From Ostreococcus lucimarinus (lineage: Eukaryota), in assembly GCA_000092065.1 (NCBI GenBank), contig CP000588.1: a stretch of 64,000 nucleotides of DNA. The stretch is one strand, 5' to 3'. The notes under the pieces were generated by a model that was given only the letters and a program-made list of their open reading frames with translations, was not told the DNA's origin and made no database searches. Shown piece by piece: positions 9,522-19,065 of the stretch. The position numbers and the translations under genes were made by a program. How positions within the stretch are numbered: the stretch's first letter is position 1; every line of letters starts with the position of its first letter.

Positions 9522-11321
9522 ATGGACGACGCCGGCGCGCTTCGGCGCCGCGCTTCGGCGCTCGGCGCGACGCTCGGCGCGGACGACGACGCGCGCGCGT
9601 TCGGCGAACGCGTCGCGCGCGGCGACGTCGCCGGGACGCTGCGCGACGCCGAAGCGCGACCTGAACTCTTGCGCGCTTGCGTCGACGACGAGGGACGGCG
9701 CGCGACGCACGCGGCGGCGGCGCGCGGACGCGCGGGGGCGCTCGAGGCGCTGCTCGCGAGCGGCGCGGCGGCGGACGCGCGAGACGGCCGAGGACGGACG
9801 GCGCTGCACGAAGCGGCGAAGAGAGGCGACGGGGCGTGCGCGCGGGCGATACTGGACGCGCGGCGGAATTACGGGGCGCGGCATCCGAGCGCGCTGGGGG
9901 CGAGGGTGGACGCGAACGCGCGGGACGCGGCGGGATCGACGCCGCTGCTGGAGGCGACGTCGAGGGAGATGATCGCGACGCTGCTGCGAGAGGGCGCGGA
10001 TGGATCGATGCGACGGGGCGATGGATCGAACGCGGTGCACCTGGCGTGCGATCGCGCGGATGGGTGGGCGGTGGAGGCGTTGTTGGGGTGCGGCGTCGAT
10101 TGCGACGCGAGAGACGGGTCGAAGCGGACGGCGCTGCACCGAGCGAGGGACGCGCGATCCGTGGTCGCGCTGTGCGCGTCGGGCGCGGACGTCGAGTGCG
10201 TGGACGCGCGGGGACACACGCCGCTTCACGCGGCGGCGATCGAGGGTAAGCCGGAGGTCGTCGTGCCTCTCGCGAACGCGGGCGCGCGGTTGCGCGCGAG
10301 GACGCGAGGCGGGTTCTTGCCGGGCGCCACCGCGGCGGACTTGGCGGCCAAGTACGGGCACGACGACGTCGCGCGATTGCTGGCCGACGCGAGACAGGTG
10401 TCGCGCGTCGCGTATTTATCGATGTGTGCCGTCAATCACGAGGAAGAGCGAATTAAAAAGCAAATGAGGCGCTCGAGCGAGAAGCGCGCGGCGCTCCTGT
10501 GGGGCGCGCTCGTCGCGGTCGGCGTCGTGTTGTTCGCGCTCGTCGTCGGTCACTTTTGGTTCGCGGGGGCGAAGAGAGAGTTGCGCGAGTGGCGAGAAAT
10601 CCGACAGTCCAGAGAAAAGGCGAAGATTCTAAAGGCGAAACAGCAGGAAGCGGCGGCGAAGGCGGAGCTGAAACGCAAAATGAAGGCGGAGGCGGCGGCC
10701 GAGGCGTGGCGAGAGAACGCTCGCCAAAACGTTGAACGCGTGTTGAGATGCGGCGTGCACGGGACCTTGAAAGATGGCGTCAAGAAGGGCGGTGTTCACC
10801 GCTGCATTCTTTTCGGTCAAGATGGTAAAGGCCTGTCCAAAGAAGCTAACGCCGCGTGCGGCGTATGTGCAGATTTCCTCGCGGCGTTGCGCGAACGCCT
10901 CGACGCGTCGAACAAAGGAAAGACTGAAGCCGAAGTGGACGCTCACCTGACGGCGGCGTGTAAGAAGGCCGAAGGTCGTACTTCCAAGGTGTGTGATTCT
11001 CTTTTGGCCGCGCGAAAAGATTTGAACAGGCAAATGTCGTTCGGGGCGCCGCCGGCGAAAATTTGCGCGCGCCTCGGATCAAAAGATCCCGAATTATGCG
11101 CGGTGAAACCCGCGAGGGAAGGTGACCTCTCGAGCGATGGTAAAGGCGATGCGGCGGCGAGAGATGCGTTCAGAAAGTTGTCCGTGTTCGTGCATCCAGA
11201 CAAGCACGATAATTCCCCTCAAGCGACGGAAGCGTTCAAGATGCTCAACACGGCGAGGGCGTACTTCGATTCGCGCGCCAAGTTGAATGCCAAACGAGCG
11301 GCGTCTCAAGCGAAAACCTAG
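9522..11321 (+). CDS. Ankyrin-repeat protein with single TM helix, coiled coil and C-terminal J-domain (HPD motif)
   Basis: Reads RTALHEAAKRGD, GSTPLLEA, GSNAVHLAC, GHTPLHAAAIEG (ANK repeats). TM ALLWGALVAVGVVLFALVVGHFWF. K/E/A coiled coil. C-terminus FRKLSVFVHPDKH...AFKMLNTARAYF is J-domain-like. ATG 9522 (MDDAGAL) is in frame. Upstream of that the 8301.. ORF is Arg-rich and overlaps the thioredoxin-like gene. Confidence 0.6.
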   Translation: MDDAGALRRRASALGATLGADDDARAFGERVARGDVAGTLRDAEARPELLRACVDDEGRRATHAAAARGRAGALEALLASGAAADARDGRGRTALHEAAKRGDGACARAILDARRNYGARHPSALGARVDANARDAAGSTPLLEATSREMIATLLREGADGSMRRGDGSNAVHLACDRADGWAVEALLGCGVDCDARDGSKRTALHRARDARSVVALCASGADVECVDARGHTPLHAAAIEGKPEVVVPLANAGARLRARTRGGFLPGATAADLAAKYGHDDVARLLADARQVSRVAYLSMCAVNHEEERIKKQMRRSSEKRAALLWGALVAVGVVLFALVVGHFWFAGAKRELREWREIRQSREKAKILKAKQQEAAAKAELKRKMKAEAAAEAWRENARQNVERVLRCGVHGTLKDGVKKGGVHRCILFGQDGKGLSKEANAACGVCADFLAALRERLDASNKGKTEAEVDAHLTAACKKAEGRTSKVCDSLLAARKDLNRQMSFGAPPAKICARLGSKDPELCAVKPAREGDLSSDGKGDAAARDAFRKLSVFVHPDKHDNSPQATEAFKMLNTARAYFDSRAKLNAKRAASQAKT

Positions 11322-11357
11322 ATTTGACTAGTGTGAATGTTACAAAAGTTACAATCC

Positions 11358-14300
11358 TTACCTTTTCACCCGTTGGATGCCGACGCCAATCGCGGCTCTT
11401 TCGTTTCGAGCTTGCCACATCTTCTCAATCGCCGACGACTCACGACTTTGCTTAAACCTCGAAACGTGCGCCAACGTAATTTGACTCTGTTCGCGCATCT
11501 GAATTTGCTTCTTCACTTGACCCTTTTCAGCATCGTCTGGTGCATCCTTTTGCGCTAACACTTTCTTCCACGTCGCCTTGTTTACGGTGGCTGTTACTTT
11601 TGAAGAATCCTTCACCTTACGCACACCGACTCTGCGTTTCTCACTCTCAATCACTTCGTTCTCAATCTTCGTCAGCATACGCCGCGCGCGCGTGCGACGG
11701 AGGAGCGTGTACGCCACAAACGCAGCGAACATGGCACAGATGCAAGATACGACGATGAGAGCGACGTTGACATCACCGAAGACGTTTGGCACTCCGCGCG
11801 GCGGCGTCGGCTCTTTTTCGACGATAAGCGACCCGCTAGGATCTTCGTACAATTGTCCCTGCACCACGCCACCAATTCCCGCCGTGGTCGTCGAAAAGAA
11901 TGCCACTGGATCGCTGCGAAGCGTGAGCAATATGGCCGCCGCTTGCGCACGCGTCGCGTCGATAGCCGCCTTTGTAGTTTCGTAATCGCGCACGACGCCG
12001 AATCGCAACATCTCCGTGGCTTGCATCGTCACCGTGACTACGACGGCGCGAATGCAATTTTGAGAAGCCGAGCACGTCACTGAAACAGACGAGCCACTTT
12101 GCAAGAGCCTTCTTCGGCCCGCTGGCGTCGACGCGGTCGCGCCGGGTTGAGCGACATCCAGACGAATCGAACCGCGGGTGACGTTGAACTTTGTCGCGAC
12201 GTCGATTTCCATCGCGCGAACGAATGCAGAGTTTGCATCTGCATCAACGCCGATGTTCGCCGCCATGTTTGCCAAAGAACCTCCGGCTTGATGGAATGAA
12301 ACACCAAAAACGACATCGACGTAAAAGACATCGGGATGCGCGCGATCCACCGGCGCGGTGGATACGTTGCACATCGTCGATCCGGCTGTCGACGTCGTCG
12401 CCTGACGCGGGCAAGGCGTGCACAAGCGCGCGCCCGTCACATTGGCGAACGCGTCGCGTGGGCACTGCAAACACTGCGTCGCACCAGATTCGGCCATGTA
12501 CATACCTTGTGGGCATTGTACGCACGCCTTAGTCAACACGCTCGGCGATGCAGAACCAGGCGGACACAGCTGGCACTGTAGCGAGTTCATGTCGGAGGCG
12601 AAGGATCCCGCGGAGCAGTACGTGCACGTGGCGTTATCTCGCGGTTCCGTCGGCCGTGGTGTCGGTGCCGGTGGTGCCGGTGGCGCTGGTGGAGCCTGTA
12701 AAGCACCTTCGGGTGGTGGTGGCGACGGATGGGTCCAAGGTGGCGGCGGAGGAGGAGAAGGCGGCGTGGGTGGTGGCGGCGGCGGTGAGGGAGGATTCGC
12801 CACCATCGCCAGCCTTTCTATAGTCAATCGATATGTCTCACTGGATTGCCCGTTCGGTGACGTGGTGATCAATCGAATCACGTTGTCGCCTTGGTTCAAC
12901 GTGAAATACTTCATATTCACGAGGCTCGCCGCGAGCAATCGCCGTCGAGCGCTCAGAGTCGTCGTGATGGACGTCGTCGACTGTCGAAACTGATAGAACA
13001 CTTGCACACCGGTGACGCCATGAGGGACTGTCGCAGTGTACGTGTGTCTTGTCGGATCAAACGCGGGCTGAATGGCGATGCCATCCGGAACGTAAGGAAA
13101 CACGCTCGACATCGCCACGGTGGTGTTGGCGACGACTGACAAGGACAAAATAGCCGAATCCACGCTCACTGAGGGCGGTGGTGGCGATGGCGGAGGAGGG
13201 CTGAGTGCCTGAGGAACGGGTGGCGGCGCCACGTACGTAGTTGGATCCGTTCGTCGCGTACCAGGCGGACAAGATCCGGGCGGAACGCCAAATATGAACA
13301 ACGCCGCATCTTCAGATTCGACAAAACTCGACGGGATAGCGGCCACCCGTGACTCGCTGACGGCGGTGAGGTTGACGTGTAATCGTAAGCTTGCCTCAGA
13401 AGGGATATTGCTCCAATCGAGTACGACTTCAGCGTGCTGCGTCTTACCGTAATCACCAGGCATCCACGTCAGCCGTCCCGTGGCGGCGGCGTAGTGCACA
13501 CCCGCCACCGCCGATGAAGCCGCGCCGCTCGTCACAATTTCGTAATCGATGACCGCGGGCAGGGCGAAATTACCGCCGCCAATTATATCGATGGGTATTT
13601 TCACGGTTTCCTGTGAATAACGATATAACGGCGGAAATGCGACATTGCGGGCTCGAACGCCGAACAACGGCGCCGGGTCGTCGTCGGCGATGGTCACCAC
13701 AGCTGATTTATTCTTGAAATCAGTCTCGATATCGGCGTTCATAGCGTCGACGAGCGTCAGCGTGAGCGCCTCCAATGCGTTTTCGTGCACGCGATCGTTC
13801 CTGATTCGAACGTACACGAAGTTTTCTCCCGATTCTCCCGCCATCCAGTGAAGCGTCGTCGGGCTGACGCTAAAGTCGTAATCGCCGCGCGCGTCCGTGG
13901 CGTTGTCCCTCGCGCTCGCGTGCGTTACTTGAACCAACGCTTGATCACCGCTCGTTCCGGGCATCTGAGATATGCCCCCGTACGTCACATTCACCCCAAC
14001 GCTCACTAATCTTCTATTGACGCCTTCTAGCTCCACGGGCACCGCGATCACGCGCGCGTCTTCGTTACCGTTTTGAGCGGTGGAGTAATAATGCTTCGTC
14101 CGAAGCACCGGACCACGGGCGACGATCGACACCTTCGACGGATCCGTGAGCACCAAATTCGGTAGCATGTACTGCTGACCGTTATAGGATACGCGAACGT
14201 CGTGCGTTCCCATAGGAATCGTGATGTCGGGAACCATGCACGTGATGGCTTGCCCCGACGCCGACACCACTCCCGGAACCACGGCGATGGCCGATGCCGT

Positions 14301-15359
14301 TTGATTCGAAGACGTCCCCATTCCGAGCGCGCACGTCACGTTCACTTTACCCGCGTGCGTCGCGTCGCTCCCGCCCGGTCCGTACTGCGAGGCGTAATAC
14401 GTATTCGTCGCGTACGCGCTAAAGTTGTTCCGCCCGAAACGCGGCGCGTGTCGCGGAATCACCAACAGCACCTCTGGATTCTGATAGTACAGAAACTGCG
14501 CCGTTTCGTAGCACGAGTCGGGGTACACTAACTTCACGTCGATGACCCCGGACTGCGCGGGCATCTCGCACGTCACCGTCCCGTCCGGCAGATGCGTCGC
14601 CCGCTGCACGACGACGGAGTTGCCGTCGCTAATCGAGCAATTCATCGTCGACCCCGCGACGTCGTTGAAACCGTCGCCGCTAAACGTCACCACCGTCCCC
14701 CCCGTCGACGGCCCCGATTTCGGCGAATAATCGCGCAGACTCGTCCTTCGAATCGTCTTCGAACTGTCGGGCTTGGTGACGTCCGTCACGCCTCCCGCGG
14801 GATCCGCCGCCGCCACCACCGCGTACACCCCCCCCGCGCCCGCCGGTATCGAGCACCCGTACGTCGCCTCGCTCCCGCTCGCGCTCACCTGCGTCGCCGT
14901 CCCACTATCCGCGATCGCCAGCGCCGCCTCCACCGCCGCGTGCGCGCTCGCGTTCACCGCCTTCGCGCGTTCGTAATCCGCGCTCGCGCTCGCGTTCGCC
15001 GCCAGCGCCGCCGCCACCCCGTCGTCGTCGATTCCAACCATGTTCTGCGCGAATATCTCCGCGTTCGCGTCGCGTTCGACGAATATCGCCTTCATCGCCG
15101 TCGCGTTCGCGCTCGCGCGCTCCGCCTCGCGCACGACGTCGTACGGCGCGAAGACGCACCGCGTCGTCGCGCCGCCGTCCCGCCGCGTAAACTCAAAGCT
15201 CGCGCTCTCGCTCGTCGCGCACGCCCGCGTCAGCGTCTCCAGCGTCCCTCGAACGCGCATCGTCATCGCCGTCGCCGCGTCGAGCAGCGCGAGCGTCAGC
15301 GTCAGCGTCAGCGCCGTCGTCGCGCCGTCGCGCCGTCGCCGACGGTTCGCCCGACGCAT
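11358..15359 (-). CDS. Giant type-I transmembrane receptor-like surface protein: signal peptide, IPT/TIG-like domains, Calx-beta, cadherin-like beta-sandwich, ephrin-receptor/TNFR-type Cys-rich repeats, SPPPP extensin-like spacers, TM, K-rich cytoplasmic tail
   Basis: Continuous 1413-codon ORF. Signal-like TALTLTLTLALLDAATA after MRRAN (ATG 15357-15359; alternative upstream ATG 15599). TFSGDGF (IPT-like). GDYDFSV...VYVRIRNDRVHENALEALTLTLVD...AVVTIADDD (Calx-beta). AILSLSV...PAFDPTRHTYTATVPHGVTGVQV (cadherin-like). CTYCSAGSFAS..CQLCPPGSAS..CVQCPQGMY..CLQCP..CTPCP (Cys-rich). PPSPPPPPPTPPSPPPPPPW. TM VALIVVSCICAMFAAFVAYTLL. Confidence 0.7.
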   Translation of the reverse strand: MRRANRRRRRDGATTALTLTLTLALLDAATAMTMRVRGTLETLTRACATSESASFEFTRRDGGATTRCVFAPYDVVREAERASANATAMKAIFVERDANAEIFAQNMVGIDDDGVAAALAANASASADYERAKAVNASAHAAVEAALAIADSGTATQVSASGSEATYGCSIPAGAGGVYAVVAAADPAGGVTDVTKPDSSKTIRRTSLRDYSPKSGPSTGGTVVTFSGDGFNDVAGSTMNCSISDGNSVVVQRATHLPDGTVTCEMPAQSGVIDVKLVYPDSCYETAQFLYYQNPEVLLVIPRHAPRFGRNNFSAYATNTYYASQYGPGGSDATHAGKVNVTCALGMGTSSNQTASAIAVVPGVVSASGQAITCMVPDITIPMGTHDVRVSYNGQQYMLPNLVLTDPSKVSIVARGPVLRTKHYYSTAQNGNEDARVIAVPVELEGVNRRLVSVGVNVTYGGISQMPGTSGDQALVQVTHASARDNATDARGDYDFSVSPTTLHWMAGESGENFVYVRIRNDRVHENALEALTLTLVDAMNADIETDFKNKSAVVTIADDDPAPLFGVRARNVAFPPLYRYSQETVKIPIDIIGGGNFALPAVIDYEIVTSGAASSAVAGVHYAAATGRLTWMPGDYGKTQHAEVVLDWSNIPSEASLRLHVNLTAVSESRVAAIPSSFVESEDAALFIFGVPPGSCPPGTRRTDPTTYVAPPPVPQALSPPPPSPPPPSVSVDSAILSLSVVANTTVAMSSVFPYVPDGIAIQPAFDPTRHTYTATVPHGVTGVQVFYQFRQSTTSITTTLSARRRLLAASLVNMKYFTLNQGDNVIRLITTSPNGQSSETYRLTIERLAMVANPPSPPPPPPTPPSPPPPPPWTHPSPPPPEGALQAPPAPPAPPAPTPRPTEPRDNATCTYCSAGSFASDMNSLQCQLCPPGSASPSVLTKACVQCPQGMYMAESGATQCLQCPRDAFANVTGARLCTPCPRQATTSTAGSTMCNVSTAPVDRAHPDVFYVDVVFGVSFHQAGGSLANMAANIGVDADANSAFVRAMEIDVATKFNVTRGSIRLDVAQPGATASTPAGRRRLLQSGSSVSVTCSASQNCIRAVVVTVTMQATEMLRFGVVRDYETTKAAIDATRAQAAAILLTLRSDPVAFFSTTTAGIGGVVQGQLYEDPSGSLIVEKEPTPPRGVPNVFGDVNVALIVVSCICAMFAAFVAYTLLRRTRARRMLTKIENEVIESEKRRVGVRKVKDSSKVTATVNKATWKKVLAQKDAPDDAEKGQVKKQIQMREQSQITLAHVSRFKQSRESSAIEKMWQARNERAAIGVGIQRVKR

Positions 15360-15603
15360 CGTCGGCGATGATTCCGCCGCTTCGGCGCGCGTCGCGCGGC
15401 GGTTCCGCGTCGCCGCGTCGCCGACGACGCGCGCGCGCATCGTCGCCGTCGCGCGCGCGTCCGGGCTCGCGCGCGCGCGCGCTCGCGCGTCGACGAGTGG
15501 CGACGACGCGCCCGCGGCCGCGCGGTCGTTCATTCCCCTCGACACTCCGAGTCGCGCCCATCGCGACCGCGTCCATCGCGACGCGCGCGCGCGCGCCACC
15601 GCG

Positions 15604-15789
15604 ATGGACGCGCGCGCGGTGCGCGACGCCGTGGCGCGCGCGGTGCGACGCGGACGCGCGGCGGGGACGATGACGACGGAGACGCGCGAGGACGCGACGG
15701 ATGGATACCGCGCGCGCGTGGACGTCGTGTACGCGCGGCTGAGCGGCGCGGACGCGAGGGAGGACGGCGATAAATTGCGCGTGCTGCTG
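15604..15789 (+). CDS. M14 zinc carboxypeptidase, putative exon 1 (N-terminal beta-strand region)
   Basis: Reads ATG 15604 MDARAV...DGYRARVDVVYARLSGADAREDGDKLRVLL. The frame then hits a stop unless spliced at CTG|GTGCGT (15790). This exon supplies the region preceding the HxxE zinc motif. Confidence 0.4.
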
Positions 15790-15898
15790 GTGCGTCGCGC
15801 GAGGGCGAGATCGAGCGCGCGGAGGGGAAGGGGAGAGGCGCGCGCGAGCGGGCGGGACTGACGAGACGACGACGCGCGCGGCGACGACTCGAACGAAG
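15790..15898 (+). other. Putative intron of carboxypeptidase gene (109 nt, GTGCGT...AAG)
   Basis: Joins frame 1 (..KLRVLL) to frame 2 (NYGEHGRELV...). Both are phase 0. This restores the HGRE zinc-binding motif upstream of NRNW. Confidence 0.4.
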
Positions 15899-16849
15899 AA
15901 TTACGGAGAACACGGACGGGAATTGGTGCCCGTGGACGCGGCGGTGCGATTGCTGGAGACGATGGCGGAGGGTGAGGACGCGGTGGTGGCGCTGGCGCGC
16001 GGGAGGGGTGTGGACGAGACGCGGTTGCGAGCGATGCTTCGAGCGACGACGTTCGCGGTGGTGCCGATGGAGAACGAGCGAGGACGGGAGCTGGTGGAGA
16101 GGGGGGATCCGTGCGAGCGGAAGAATGGGCGAGGGGTGGACCCGAATAGGAATTGGGGGGTGAATTGGGGGGTGAAGGCGCCGGATTACGATCCCAAGGA
16201 GGAGTTTCCGGGGACGGCGCCGTTTAGCGAGCCGGAGAGTCGGATATTTCGGGATCTCGTCGCGTCGTTCGAGCCGCACGCGGTGGTGAATTGGCACAGT
16301 GGGATGTCGGCGATATTCACGCCGTATGATCACGTCGCGCGCGAGCCCACTGGGGCGGGGGCGGAGGCGATGATGCGTTTCGCGCGCGTCATCGACGCCG
16401 AGCACTGCGCGAAAAAGTGCACGCTCGGTTCGGGCGGGAAGGGCGTGGGGTACCTCGCGCACGGTACGGCGACTGATTACATATACGAAAAGATGAAGGT
16501 GCCCGTGGTGTACACGTGGGAAATATACGGCGATCTCGATGCGCCTTTCGAGGATTGTCATCGCGCGTTCAACCCGACGACGAAGGAGACGCGCGACGCC
16601 GTCGTCGAAGCGTGGTTCGGAGCGCCCATCACGCTCGTATCCATGCTCGACCAGCACCCCGACATAAATTTCAAACATCAAAGCGTCGTGCCGGCTGTCG
16701 CGTCATCTTCATCGTTCGCAGTTGGTGATGAACAGCGCCGTTTCCCTTGGACAATTTCGTTGGCCTTCGCGTTCTTCACCTTGGTGGCGCTGCGTCGACT
16801 TCGGCGATCCAAGCGCGGCGGTGGTGCGGCGATCGGTACATCGCTTTGA
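15899..16849 (+). CDS. M14 zinc carboxypeptidase, main exon, with C-terminal TM anchor
   Basis: Reads YGEHGRE (HxxE), GVDPNRNW, PFSEPE, WHSG, GTATDYIY, YTWEIYG (catalytic Glu). C-terminus WTISLAFAFFTLVALRRLRR (TM). The ORF track starts at TTG 15923, but the frame is open back to 15899. Confidence 0.7.
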   Translation, partial: NYGEHGRELVPVDAAVRLLETMAEGEDAVVALARGRGVDETRLRAMLRATTFAVVPMENERGRELVERGDPCERKNGRGVDPNRNWGVNWGVKAPDYDPKEEFPGTAPFSEPESRIFRDLVASFEPHAVVNWHSGMSAIFTPYDHVAREPTGAGAEAMMRFARVIDAEHCAKKCTLGSGGKGVGYLAHGTATDYIYEKMKVPVVYTWEIYGDLDAPFEDCHRAFNPTTKETRDAVVEAWFGAPITLVSMLDQHPDINFKHQSVVPAVASSSSFAVGDEQRRFPWTISLAFAFFTLVALRRLRRSKRGGGAAIGTSL

Positions 16850-17191
16850 GCGAAATATTCACGACTCCTCGCGCGCGTTCAAGTAGCACAAAGTAGGACA
16901 TAGCGTTAGCACGACATGTAGTGGCGCACGCGTAGACGAGTCGCGATGAAAAGACTCTTTTATTGATGTTTCGTCATTTTCATTAAAACACGTCGCGTCG
17001 TTTCTCGTAAATCGTGAACGACCGACCTCGAACCCGCCCATTCGAGTGGCTATAAGATACTCCCCTCTACCGGTTGATACATGTGATGTGAATATATACC
17101 GTCGCGTCGTCGTGACGTCGCTGATAACTCATACACTCTTGCCTCGCTCTCGCTAAAATCATAGAATAACTTCCTCATATGCCCGTTACGC

Positions 17192-17847
17192 TTAGAAGTC
17201 TTCGTCGAGGGAGAACGCGTTCGCGTTGCCACCCCCGATAGAGTTCATGACACCCGCCTTCTGGTATTCGCCGACGCGCTTCTCGAAGAAGTTCGTCTTA
17301 CCTTGAAGAGAGATGAGTTCCATCCAATCAAACGGATTCGTCGTGTTGTACTCCTTGGCCAAGCCCAAAGAGCAGAACAAGTGATCGGCGACGTATTCAA
17401 TGTAGTCGCTCATCATGCCGGCGTTCATGCCCACGAGCGCGCACGGAAGAGAGTCGCACACGAACTCCTTCTCGATTTCAACAGCCTCGGTGACAATCTT
17501 GCGAATGGTTTCTTCGCTCGGCTTGTTGTTCAACATGCTGAACAACAAGCACGCGAAATCGCGGTGCAAACCTTCGTCACGAGAAATGAGCTCGTTGGAG
17601 AAGGTCAAGCCCGGCATCAAGCCACGCTTCTTGAGCCAGTAGATGGAGCAGAAAGAACCAGAGAAGAAGATGCCTTCAATGCACGCGAACGCCAAGAGAC
17701 GCTCGGCAAACGAGTCGCTCGAGTCGATCCACTTCAACGCCCAGTCAGCCTTCTTCTTCACGCACGGGATGGTATCGATGGCACGGAACAGGTGGTCCTT
17801 TTCCACCGGATCCTTGATGTACTGATCGATCAACAAAGAATACATTT
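17192..17847 (-). CDS. RNR2: Ribonucleotide reductase small subunit (R2), exon 4 of 4
   Basis: Reads (E)[13 protein letters not shown]...[38 protein letters not shown]...[17 protein letters not shown]. Acceptor ttcgcag|AAATG at 17848/17847. Confidence 0.85.
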
Positions 17848-17954
17848 CTGCGAACGATGAAGAAAGCGTTTTGAGTCAGTCGGTTTGAATTCGAGAGCGT
17901 TTGCGCGCGCGAGGTGGAAATTCCTTCTCCAATCGCAAGAATCGAGCGCATCTC
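17848..17954 (-). other. RNR2: RNR2 intron 3 (107 nt, GTACGT...CAG, phase 1)
   Basis: IAIENIHS|G-GTACGT donor. The split codon G/AA gives Glu as in R2 (IHSEMYS). Confidence 0.75.
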
Positions 17955-18173
17955 TCGACGTACCGGAGTGAATGTTCTCGATGGCGATTTGGAAGCCATA
18001 GAACGCGCGGGCTTCCGGAATCTGAACCTCGCCCATGAAACGAACGCCGAGGTTTTCGAGCACGATGCCGTCCGAGGCGGCGAAGAACGCAAGCACGTGC
18101 GAGACAAAGTGCTTCTCATCCTTCGTGAGCGTCTCCCAGTGCTTCATGTCGTCCGACAGATCGACTTCCTCCG
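17955..18173 (-). CDS. RNR2: RNR2, exon 3 of 4
   Basis: Reads (A)[69 protein letters not shown]. Confidence 0.8.
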
Positions 18174-18322
18174 CTGTTTGCGCACAAAAGCACGCGCGAT
18201 CGCGTCGATGTACCGTTAGTCACGCGTCCCGTTCGCCCTTCGCTCTCTCGCGCGCCGCGCGATTTCAAACTTTGCGCAGCGTTCGACGTGACGTCACCCC
18301 ACGCGCTCGTTCGCGCACGCAC
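18174..18322 (-). other. RNR2: RNR2 intron 2 (149 nt, GTGCGT...ACAG, phase 1)
   Basis: Reads FWT-G|GTGCGT ... gcttttgtgcgcaaacag|CG GAG. The split codon GCG (Ala) restores the plant R2 sequence FWTAEEVDL. Confidence 0.7.
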
Positions 18323-18396
18323 CGGTCCAGAAAGACGCCTCAGCCTTCTTATACATCTCCCACACCTGCGGGTACTGAATCGGGAACATCGTGAAC
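18323..18396 (-). CDS. RNR2: RNR2, exon 2 of 4
   Basis: Reads (R)[24 protein letters not shown], essentially identical to plant R2 ([25 protein letters not shown]). Confidence 0.75.
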
Positions 18397-18748
18397 CTGC
18401 GAGCGACCGCGAAACGCGCGCGAAACCTCCGTCAGTGTCTTTTTCAACTAAACGACTCGAAAATCATCCACGACGTCATCTTCCCCAACCTCCCACACCA
18501 CCCGCGCCTCGCGCGCGCCGTCGCCCGCGCCGACGCGCGCGTCGAAATCCCTCACGCAGTCTTCGCCCCCCGAACCGCGCCATCGCGCGTCGCGCGCGCG
18601 TCCAGCCCCGCGAAACGATTCCCGGCACCGGCGCGATTTCAAATTCGAACGTTGCGCCCCATCGTTCGCGCGTCCCTCACCGCGCGCGCGCGCGTCCATC
18701 GACGCCGTCGCGCGCGCGCACGCGTCGCGAATATTTTTCTTCACGCAC
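18397..18748 (-). other. RNR2: RNR2 intron 1 (352 nt, GTGCGT...CGCAG, phase 2)
   Basis: Exon 1 ...GAC CAA CG|GTGCGTGAAG. Acceptor gctcgcag|G TTC ACG ATG. The split codon CG/G gives Arg. Confidence 0.6.
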
Positions 18749-18798
18749 CGTTGGTCGTTTTCATCGAGCAAAGGCTCGGCGAGCGGGAGAGGCGACAT
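18749..18798 (-). CDS. RNR2: RNR2, exon 1 of 4 (MSPLPLAEPLLDENDQ + 2 nt)
   Basis: ATG 18796-18798 reads MSPLPLAEPLLDENDQ(R), aligning to Arabidopsis TSO2 N-terminus (..EEPLLTPTPDR|FCMFPI). Total spliced length is 332 aa. Confidence 0.6.
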
Positions 18799-19065
18799 GT
18801 TTTGCGTCGGCGGGCGTGGAGTAATGACGCGCGTGCCGGCCTGACGCGCGTGCCGGCCTCGTGGTCGCGCTCTCGGCGGACGCGCGGAAAATCACCCGCG
18901 CGTCCGCCGAGACGCATTTAAGATACTTTGAGCGCCATCATCGCTACTTATGAGTCACGAACGGTGCTTTCGAGACTCGGTCAAAAATCACACGCGTGCG
19001 GCGCTTCAAACGTTTTTCGGCCTCGACGCGCCAACGCCGCGCGCGTCACACATCGTCTCGAAGCC

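Noticed and set aside
12418-12993. 191-aa Gly-rich plus-strand ORF
   Set aside because: It is the antisense reading of the Pro-rich (SPPPP) spacer of the receptor gene and yields GGGGG runs.
17020-17060. GGTTCGAGG motif resembling a tRNA T-loop on the minus strand
   Set aside because: No complementary T-stem, D-arm or acceptor-stem pairing could be built around it. It is probably chance in 3'UTR DNA.
18391-18921. 176-aa plus-strand ORF in the RNR2/RPS30 divergent region
   Set aside because: Starts at a non-ATG codon and is Arg/Ala-rich. It overlaps RNR2 exon 1 and intron 1 on the other strand.
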